DNA from: an uncultured Solirubrobacteraceae bacterium
GTDB lineage: Bacteria > Actinomycetota > Thermoleophilia > Solirubrobacterales > Solirubrobacteraceae
Length of the DNA stretch: 64,000 nucleotides
Direction: 5' to 3'
NCBI GenBank assembly: GCA_963774155.1
Contig: CAVZDW010000008.1
Coordinates: 389,732 to 453,731 of the forward strand
The stretch's first letter is position 1. Each line of letters opens with the position of its first letter. This document shows, one piece after another, positions 57,488 to 64,000 of this stretch. Both the position numbers and the translations under genes were made by a program. Below the pieces are notes generated by a model. It made no database searches. It saw nothing but the letters and a program-made list of their open reading frames with translations, and was not told where the DNA came from.

Positions 57488-59179
57488 GTGGCTGTGAGCC
57501 ACGACATCGATCGACGCACCTTCGTCCGCGGTGCGGCACTCGGAGCGGGCGCCCTGGTGCTCGGTCCGGCGTCCGCGGCCCTGCCGCGTGAAGCCCGCCG
57601 CCTGAGCCGCACCGGCGTGTTCCGCCAGGGGGTCGCCTCGGGCGAGCCGGGGCCGCGCGCCATCACGCTGTGGACGCGGCTGGAGGAGATGGAGCGGGGC
57701 GGCGTCGTGGCGCTCGAGGTCGCGCGCGACAAGCGCTTCCGCAACGTGGTGCGGCGCATGCGCGTCCCGGTGGAGGGGCGCCGCGACTCGACCGCCCGCG
57801 TCCGCCTGACCGGCGGCTTCCTGGCGCCGGGAGAGGAGTACTACTACCGCTTCGCCACGCGCGCCGACGACTCCCCGGTGGGCCGCTTCCGCACCCCGCC
57901 GCCGGCGGGCTCGAGCGAGCCGGTCCGGATCGCGTTCTTCTCCTGCCAGGAGTTCATCGCCGGCCATTACGCGGCGCACGCGGACCTGGCCACGCAGGAT
58001 GTGGATCTCGTGGTGTGCCTCGGCGACTACGTCTACGAGCAGGCCTTCGCGGACCAGACGTCGCGCAACCAGCCGGTGCGGCAGGACACGACGGCGCCCG
58101 ACGGCGAGACCCAGACGCTGGCCGAGTACCGGGCCAAGTACGGGCTCTACCACACGGACCCGCGGCTCCTGGAGGTGCGGCGCAAGTTCCCGCTGCTCGC
58201 CATCTGGGACGACCACGAGGTCGAGGACAACTACGCCGGCGACCGGCCGGGCGGGGCGGCCTCGAGCCGGCGCGTGGAGTTCGCGGCGCGGCGGGCGAAC
58301 GGGTATCGCGCGTTCTTCGAGCACATGCCGCGGGTCGGCTCCGGCCGCGTCTACGGCCGCTACTCGCTGGGCGCGGCGGATCTCTTCCTGCTCGACACGC
58401 GGCGCTACCGCGACGACCAGCCCTGCAACCCCGACGACGCGTTCGTCTCCCAGCCGTGCCCGCCGTCGGTCACCGACGCGCCGGGCCGCACGCTGCTCGG
58501 CGCCGCCCAGAAGGCCTGGCTGAAGGACTCGCTCCGCCGGTCGCGCGCCCGGTGGAAGCTCATCGCCAACCAGGTGATGATCACCTCGCTGGACGCCGCG
58601 CCGCGGAACCCCCTGAACACGGACTCGTGGGACGGCTACGGCGCCGAGCGGGCGGAGATCGTCGACTTCCTGGCCGATCACGGGATCGCGGACGTCTCCT
58701 TCGTCACCGGGGACATCCACACGTTCTTCGCGGGCGACGTGACCCGGACCGGCCGCCGGGCCGTCCGGGGCGCCGACTCGCCGGTCGACGGCCCGGCACG
58801 GGCGACCGAGTTCGTCTGCGGGGCCGTCACCTCACCGGGGATCGTCGACCGCGTGGCCGACGCGGAGGCCGAGCGGGTCGCCGCCGCGGCGCCGATCGAC
58901 GCCGCCGTGCTGGGCGTCAACCCCCAGATCGTCTACTCCAACCAGGCGTACAAGGGCTACGGGATCCTCGAGGCCCGCCGCGACGAGCTCCGCGTCGTCT
59001 ACCGAGCCGTTCGCGAGACCCGCCGCGAGCCCACGAGCGCGTTCTCCCTGCGCCGCTTCCGCGTGGAGGCCGGCTCGCCGGCCGTGATCGACGAGGGAGG
59101 CCCGATCGAGCTCCCGGCCCCCGTCGTCCCGGAGCTCCCGCTCCCGCCCGGCCTCATCCCGGGCGCTCCCGTGCCGTAG
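57488..59179 (+). CDS. phoD: Alkaline phosphatase D family (PhoD), Tat-secreted
   Basis: Tat motif DRRTFVRGAALGAGAL. FRQGVASGEP, WTRL, YYYRF, FFSCQ, CLGDYVYE, WDDHEVEDNY, GDIHTF. Confidence 0.9.
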   Translation: MAVSHDIDRRTFVRGAALGAGALVLGPASAALPREARRLSRTGVFRQGVASGEPGPRAITLWTRLEEMERGGVVALEVARDKRFRNVVRRMRVPVEGRRDSTARVRLTGGFLAPGEEYYYRFATRADDSPVGRFRTPPPAGSSEPVRIAFFSCQEFIAGHYAAHADLATQDVDLVVCLGDYVYEQAFADQTSRNQPVRQDTTAPDGETQTLAEYRAKYGLYHTDPRLLEVRRKFPLLAIWDDHEVEDNYAGDRPGGAASSRRVEFAARRANGYRAFFEHMPRVGSGRVYGRYSLGAADLFLLDTRRYRDDQPCNPDDAFVSQPCPPSVTDAPGRTLLGAAQKAWLKDSLRRSRARWKLIANQVMITSLDAAPRNPLNTDSWDGYGAERAEIVDFLADHGIADVSFVTGDIHTFFAGDVTRTGRRAVRGADSPVDGPARATEFVCGAVTSPGIVDRVADAEAERVAAAAPIDAAVLGVNPQIVYSNQAYKGYGILEARRDELRVVYRAVRETRREPTSAFSLRRFRVEAGSPAVIDEGGPIELPAPVVPELPLPPGLIPGAPVP

Positions 59180-59189
59180 GAGGGACCGC

Positions 59190-60062
59190 TCAGGCGGGCT
59201 TGCGCCGGTCGCGCGCGAGGATGCGGGGGCTGTCGGAGATCAGGCCGCGACGGCGCAGGGCGGTGAGCCCGCGGCCGCTCGGCCCGAAGGTGACGAGGTG
59301 CAGGGCCTCCGGCTTGAGCGCGAAGCGATACGAGCGGGCCACGGCGTTCTCGCGGCGCCGGCCGTCGATCTCCACGTCGAAGCCCGAGTGGCTGGGCTGG
59401 ACGTCGACGGTCAGCGTGGCGTCGGCGGGCACGACGAGCGCGGGAGCGCTCCCGCCGTGCATGGCCAGCGGCGTGCAGAGCAGCACCGGCGTGTCGGCCA
59501 CCACGATCGGCCCGCCCGCGGCCATCGTGTACGCGCTCGAGCCGAGCGGCGTGGCCACGATCACCCCGTCGCCGGCGAGCCGGACGTACAGCTCGCCGTC
59601 GACGGCCACGTCCACGGCAACCTGGCCGGCGGCGTGCCGGACCACGACGAAGTCGTTGACCGCCCAGGCCTCGCCGTCGCTCGACGCGACGGCCAGCGCC
59701 GGCAGCGCCCGCGCCGTCCAGTCGTCGACCCGGAAGCGATGGAGCGCCACCTCGAGCTCCGCCGCCGTCACCGCGCTCATCGCGCCGAGGCTGCCGCACG
59801 CCACGCCGAGCACGGGCGTCCGCGTCCCGGCCGCGGCCCGCAGCGCCGCCAGGACCGTCCCGTCACCGCCGAGCGCGACCACGAGGTCGGCCGCGGTGAC
59901 CTCACCCGGGTCGGCGACCTCCCGCTTCGCGCCGAGCGTCTCGAGCTGCACGAGCTCGAGTCCCTGCTCGTCCGTCCACCGCTGGAGCGTGGCGAGCGCG
60001 TTGTCGATGTCGCGCGTCGGATGGACCACGAGCGCGACCCGTTGGAACGGCACGTCGGACAT
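59190..60062 (-). CDS. nadK: NAD+ kinase
   Basis: DLVVALGGDGTVL, NDFVV, GDGVIVATPLGSSAYTMAAGGPIV. Confidence 0.9.
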   Translation of the reverse strand: MSDVPFQRVALVVHPTRDIDNALATLQRWTDEQGLELVQLETLGAKREVADPGEVTAADLVVALGGDGTVLAALRAAAGTRTPVLGVACGSLGAMSAVTAAELEVALHRFRVDDWTARALPALAVASSDGEAWAVNDFVVVRHAAGQVAVDVAVDGELYVRLAGDGVIVATPLGSSAYTMAAGGPIVVADTPVLLCTPLAMHGGSAPALVVPADATLTVDVQPSHSGFDVEIDGRRRENAVARSYRFALKPEALHLVTFGPSGRGLTALRRRGLISDSPRILARDRRKPA

Positions 60063-60090
60063 GGCGGGGCATGATCGCGTATCCCGGTGC

Positions 60091-60134
60091 GGTCACAGCA
60101 TCTTCACAAGTTGAGCACGAATCGTTCACAGCCC
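60091..60134 (+). promoter_or_regulatory. PHO-box-like array: four contiguous 11-nt direct repeat units
   Basis: GGTCACAGCAT / CTTCACAAGTT / GAGCACGAATC / GTTCACAGCCC with exact 11-nt phasing, lying 56-99 nt upstream of the phoX start. It resembles the actinobacterial PhoP GTTCACC repeat-unit architecture. Confidence 0.5.
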
Positions 60135-60189
60135 GTCGCCTATCGGGGCCATAGCGTCGTCGAGCGATCAGCCACTTCAGGAGGGGACC

Positions 60190-62052
60190 TTGGAACCGAC
60201 CGCCGTACCTACCGCCGATGGAGCGCTTTCCGGCAAACTGACTGGCGGCACCCGGCGGGACTTCATCCGCGGCATCGCCGCGGCCGGCGCCAGCACGGCG
60301 AGTGCCGTTGCCCTCGAGCGCGCCGGCGTGATCGACCTGTTCGCGGAGGAGGCCTTCGCCCACGGCCGCGGCCACAACGCCTTCGGCCGGTTCGAGGCGA
60401 TCGCTCCGAGCATGGCCGACGCGCTGGAGGTGCCCCCGGGCTTCCGGGCTGACGTGCTCATCTCGTGGGGCGACGTGTTCCGCGGCAAGGGCCGGCGCGC
60501 GTTCCGGTACGGCTTCAACAACGACTTCCTCGCGTACTTCCCGCTCAAGGGCAGCAACGAGGGCCTGCTGTTCGTCAACCACGAGTACCCCGACCCGTTC
60601 TTCCTCCACGGCTACAAGCCGAACGGGAGCGCGAAGACGCCGGCGCAGGTGCAGGAGGAGCAGGACTCGGTCGGCAACTCGATCCTCCACATCAAGCGCG
60701 ACCGCGACGGCGGCTGGAAGGTCGTCTCGCCCTCGGTCTACAACCGCCGGATCTACGGCGATCGGCCGGACCTCGAGTTCACCGGACCGCTCAAGGGCGC
60801 GCCGGGCATCGGCAACAGCGCGCACGGCTCGGTCGGCAACTGCTCGGGCGGCATCACGCCGTGGGGGACGGCCCTGTCCTGCGAGGAGAACTTCGACGGC
60901 TACGGGACGAACGTCGCCAACAACGTCGACTTCGCCAACGGGTGGCATCAGTTCGGCGGCCAGCCGGAGGACGCCGAGTACGAGTTCACGACGTTCAAGA
61001 AGTACGGCTGGGTGTGCGAGCACGATCCCTACGACCCCGGATCGGTCGGCCGCAAGCACACCGCCCTGGGCCGCTTCCGCCACGAGAACACGGCGTTCCG
61101 CCACGTGCCCGGCAAGAAGTTCGTGCTCTACATGGGCGACGACAAGAACAACGAGGGCGTCTACAAGTTCGTCTCCGACCGCGGCTACAACTGGCGCAAC
61201 AACGCGAGCAACCGCCGGCTCCTCGAGTCGGGCACGCTCTACATCGCGCGCTGGGAGCCGGAGGGCCGGCGCCGGTTCGCCAACGTGGGCGACGTCAATC
61301 CGATCAACGCCACCGAGGGCACGGGCCGCTGGATCCGCGTCAACGAGTCCGAGCTCGACGACACCGCCACCAAGCTCCGCGCCCGCTTCGGCGCGGAGTA
61401 CGACACGCACTTCGCGACCAACCGGCCGGAGGACGTCGAGGTCGCCGACGACGGCTCGGTCTTCATCGCGCTGACCAACAACAGCACCGTGCGGGACTCG
61501 CATGGCTCCGTCCGGCGCCTGCGCGAGAAGCACAACAACCCGGAGGCGACCGAGTTCGAGTGGCGCGACTACGCGGCCGGCGGGCCGACGACGGCGGGCG
61601 GCGTCGGCTTCTCCAGCCCGGACAACCTCGTGATCGACAAGGCGGCGAACGTCTGGGTCGTCACCGACATCTCGTCCAGCCGCCTCAACCTGCCCAACGA
61701 GTACCAGTACCACGCCAACAACGCGATGTTCATGGTCCCGACGACCGGCCCGAACAAGGGCATCGCCTTCCGCTTCGCCAACGGCCCGGTGCACTGCGAG
61801 ATCACGGGCCCGTACTTCTCGCCCGACGAGGAGACGCTGTTCATCAACATCCAGCACCCGGGCGAGCAGACCGGCAACTCGGCCGCCGCGCCGGGCGTGT
61901 TCGGCCAGGAGGCCACGTACACGAGCTGGTGGCCGGAGGGCAACAAGACGACCGGCGACAACCCGGCCACGCCGAAGCCGTCGACGGTCGTGGTCTCGCG
62001 TGCGGGCCGGCACGACGACGGGAGCCGGTTCATCCCGCCGCCGCCCGAGTGA
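60190..62052 (+). CDS. phoX: PhoX-family (DUF839 beta-propeller) secreted phosphatase, Tat signal
   Basis: Tat motif TRRDFIRGIAAAGAS. FNNDFLAYFP, LFVNHEY, GNCSGGITPWGTALSCEENF, PEDVEV, PDNLVID, FINIQHPGE. AGGAGG lies before TTG 60190. Confidence 0.85.
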   Translation: MEPTAVPTADGALSGKLTGGTRRDFIRGIAAAGASTASAVALERAGVIDLFAEEAFAHGRGHNAFGRFEAIAPSMADALEVPPGFRADVLISWGDVFRGKGRRAFRYGFNNDFLAYFPLKGSNEGLLFVNHEYPDPFFLHGYKPNGSAKTPAQVQEEQDSVGNSILHIKRDRDGGWKVVSPSVYNRRIYGDRPDLEFTGPLKGAPGIGNSAHGSVGNCSGGITPWGTALSCEENFDGYGTNVANNVDFANGWHQFGGQPEDAEYEFTTFKKYGWVCEHDPYDPGSVGRKHTALGRFRHENTAFRHVPGKKFVLYMGDDKNNEGVYKFVSDRGYNWRNNASNRRLLESGTLYIARWEPEGRRRFANVGDVNPINATEGTGRWIRVNESELDDTATKLRARFGAEYDTHFATNRPEDVEVADDGSVFIALTNNSTVRDSHGSVRRLREKHNNPEATEFEWRDYAAGGPTTAGGVGFSSPDNLVIDKAANVWVVTDISSSRLNLPNEYQYHANNAMFMVPTTGPNKGIAFRFANGPVHCEITGPYFSPDEETLFINIQHPGEQTGNSAAAPGVFGQEATYTSWWPEGNKTTGDNPATPKPSTVVVSRAGRHDDGSRFIPPPPE

Positions 62053-62059
62053 GAACGGG

Positions 62060-62096
62060 CACGCGCGCCGCGTCGAAGCTTGGGGCGGCGCGCGTG
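62060..62096 (+). terminator. 12-bp perfect GC-rich stem-loop after phoX
   Basis: CACGCGCGCCGC (62060-62071), 13-nt loop, GCGGCGCGCGTG (62085-62096). No U-tract. Confidence 0.45.
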
Positions 62097-62109
62097 ACAT
62101 CGTGGTGGC

Positions 62110-63021
62110 GTGGACTTCGCCTCGCCGACCGTTGACGCGACCCGTGGTCGTCTCCTCGCTCGATTCGGGGCGCGGGTCGAGCCGTGGTGGGAACGGCTTC
62201 CCGGAGTCCTCGCCGAGCTGGCGGAGCGCTGGAAGCTGGTCGTCGGTGACGCCGTCGGGCGCGGCAATACCTCGCTCGTGGTCCGATGCCGACGCGAGGA
62301 CGGCCGCCCCGCGGTTCTCAAGCTCACGCCTGAGGTGGAGCTCGGGGTCGCGGAGGCGTCGGCGCTTCGGAGCTGGGAGTCCTCGGGGCGGGTGCCGCTC
62401 GTGTACGACTCCGACGCAGCGTCGGGCGCGCTGCTGCTGGAGGCCATCCCGGGCGAGACCCCGCTCTCGGAGTCGCGCGCGGCGGTCGAGCTGACGGAGA
62501 TCGCGAGCCTCATCGGCGGGCTGCATCGCAGCGGCGCGCCAGTCCTTGCCGACGGCGTGGTGTCGCTCACGGCGCGGGTCGAGTTCATCTTCGAGCACTG
62601 GGTCGAGCGGCACGGCCGGCGCGGCGAGGCGGCGACTCGCGCGGTGCCGGTCGACCGACTCCGCCGTGGCCACGAGCTCGCGCGAGGGCTTGCCGCCGAT
62701 GCCGGCGTGCCCGTGCTGCTGCACGGCGACCTGCATCCGGGGAACGTGCTCGACGGCGGCGAGGGCCGCGGCTTGGTCGCCATCGACCCGCGCCCCTGCG
62801 TGGGAGACGCCGCGTTCGACGTCGTGGACTGGGTGTTCTGGGCGGTCGATGACCCGGGCGCCTGGGAGCCGCGCAGCCGAGCCCTTGCCCTGGCGCTGGG
62901 GCTCGACCGCGAACGCCTATGGGGCTGGTGCGCGGCCTTGGCCGCGATGCTGGCCGCCGCCGAGGTCGCCCACGGCGGCAGAGCCGAGCGGGTCGCCGCG
63001 CTCCTCGCGCTCTCACCCTGA
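62110..63021 (+). CDS. Aminoglycoside/streptomycin 6-phosphotransferase-like kinase (APH(6) family)
   Basis: PWWERLPGVLAELAERW, VLKL, LLHGDLHPGNVL, IDPRPCVGDAAFD. Confidence 0.8.
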   Translation: MDFASPTVDATRGRLLARFGARVEPWWERLPGVLAELAERWKLVVGDAVGRGNTSLVVRCRREDGRPAVLKLTPEVELGVAEASALRSWESSGRVPLVYDSDAASGALLLEAIPGETPLSESRAAVELTEIASLIGGLHRSGAPVLADGVVSLTARVEFIFEHWVERHGRRGEAATRAVPVDRLRRGHELARGLAADAGVPVLLHGDLHPGNVLDGGEGRGLVAIDPRPCVGDAAFDVVDWVFWAVDDPGAWEPRSRALALALGLDRERLWGWCAALAAMLAAAEVAHGGRAERVAALLALSP

Positions 63022-63025
63022 GCGC

Positions 63026-63051
63026 GCGGCGCGTCCTGAGTCTCGCGCCGC
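63026..63051. terminator. Hairpin between convergent genes
   Basis: GCGGCGCG (63026-63033), 10-nt loop, CGCGCCGC (63044-63051), squeezed between the two stop codons. Confidence 0.35.
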
Positions 63052-63053
63052 TC

Positions 63054-64000
63054 TCATACCGTTCGCAATGCCACGGTAGGCGGCATCCGAGACGCTCGAA
63101 CGGCCGGCAGCAGGCCGGCGAACGCGCCGATCAGGATGGCCGAGGCGATGCCGCCCGACCACGCCTCGACGGGGATCACGACGGCCCAGCTCTTCGAGCT
63201 GGCGTACACGGCCGTTGCCGCGGCCCCGGCCAGCACGCCGACGACGCCGCCGATGACGGCGAGCAGGATCGACTCGCCGAGGAACTGCGTCCGGATCTGG
63301 CCCTTCGTCGCGCCGAGGGCGCGACGGAGCCCGATCTCCGAGCGGCGTTCCAGAACCGAGATGATCATGATGTTGGCGACACCGACGGCACCCACGATCA
63401 GCGCCACCACCCCGAGCCCGAGAAAGAGGCTGTCGAACGCCCCCGCCGCAGCGGCCCGGGCGGTGAGCGCGTCGGACGGCTGGCTTACATTCACCTCGTT
63501 CGGCGCCTCGGGGTTGGCGGTCTGCGCGAGCAACGACTGCACCGCCGCCTCGCGACCGGTGGCGGCGCGCACGTAGATCGAGCTCGGCGGGCCGACCTCC
63601 TCCTCGCCGCGGACCATGCTGACGTAGCCGACGTACTTCCGGGCGGCCGGATAGCCGATCAAGGCGCTGTTGTCGATGTCGGGCTCCAGCGGTGAGGGCT
63701 TCAGAATGCCCGCGACGTTGAACCACTGCTCTCCCAGCCAGATTCGCTGATCGGGGTGGACCCGGTCGATGCCCAGCCGTTGCGCGGCGACCGAGCCGAG
63801 CACCGCGACCGGCACTTGGGCGGTGCCCTCATTGAGCCAGTCGCCGCGTGCGACGCCGGTGCTGAGCACGGACGGCAGGTTCAGGCTGGTGGCCCGCACC
63901 TCGAGACCACCGCTCTTGGCCTCCTGAATCATCGAGTTTCGGTAGACCTTCTCGTCCTCCATCAGGCCGGTGTGCGCCACCAGCTGGACGTTGTCCAGGT
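63054..64000 (-). CDS. ABC transporter permease, FtsX/MacB-like (5' end outside the window)
   Basis: C-terminal FtsX domain: SVLERRSEIGLRRALGATKGQIRTQFLGESILLAVIGG...LLPAVRASRMPPTVALR. The frame stays open to the window edge, so the M at 63980 is not the true start. Confidence 0.85.
   Translation of the reverse strand, partial: LDNVQLVAHTGLMEDEKVYRNSMIQEAKSGGLEVRATSLNLPSVLSTGVARGDWLNEGTAQVPVAVLGSVAAQRLGIDRVHPDQRIWLGEQWFNVAGILKPSPLEPDIDNSALIGYPAARKYVGYVSMVRGEEEVGPPSSIYVRAATGREAAVQSLLAQTANPEAPNEVNVSQPSDALTARAAAAGAFDSLFLGLGVVALIVGAVGVANIMIISVLERRSEIGLRRALGATKGQIRTQFLGESILLAVIGGVVGVLAGAAATAVYASSKSWAVVIPVEAWSGGIASAILIGAFAGLLPAVRASRMPPTVALRTV

Noticed and set aside
62110-63021. The APH(6)-like kinase as evidence of an acquired antibiotic-resistance island.
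   Set aside because: No mobile-element genes, repeats or GC shift surround it. Such kinases are common chromosomal genes in actinobacteria, and substrate specificity cannot be read from the sequence.

Overview
High-GC (about 70%+) actinobacterial-type chromosomal segment that is densely coding, with about 60 protein genes and many 1-4 nt start/stop overlaps. I could not assign a genus. All calls come from by-eye motif recognition on the supplied six-frame track plus manual codon indexing; no searches were run.

Content, in order:
- xerC (3' part), a FliA/WhiG sigma factor, an EF-G paralogue coupled to a zinc-ribbon protein, and an RNase H / tryptophan 2,3-dioxygenase locus.
- A c-di-GMP/phosphorelay cluster: a REC-GGDEF-REC cyclase, a CHASE3 hybrid kinase with 2 REC + Hpt, and an output-less PAS/GAF sensor.
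- rtcB flanked by two TetR regulators and a metallophosphoesterase.
- A fadE-fadA / fabG4-htdX lipid cluster and assorted oxidoreductases.
- A LacI / fructokinase / pgm-glgC-glgA glycogen cluster.
- A REC-only regulator + GH4 glycosidase + PfkB kinase + ABC sugar-importer operon.
- glgP, then a SARP-AAA-TPR regulator divergent from a large multidomain M36 (fungalysin) protease.
- SUI1, a membrane PP2C phosphatase, cydAB plus a small membrane ORF, phoD-nadK-phoX with a PHO-box-like array, an APH(6)-like kinase, and a partial FtsX permease.

I found no rRNA, tRNA, CRISPR array, transposase, prophage or recognisable defence system. No complete novel multi-gene system can be supported from sequence alone.

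The observations most worth a second look are:
1. Single-base reading-frame anomalies at conserved motifs in RNase H/TDO and the ABC ATPase, plus missing start or stop codons in four more genes (PBP-fold gene, PUA-like ORF, protease signal peptide, sigma factor).
2. Several highly structured palindromic or tandem intergenic elements (13192-13285, 15785-15822, 33432-33495, 54072-54123, 60091-60134).
3. Unusual gene couplings: EF-G paralogue + Zn-ribbon; rtcB + TetR + metallophosphoesterase; REC-only + GH4 + kinase + ABC.

The many long antisense ORFs in the track are GC-composition artefacts.
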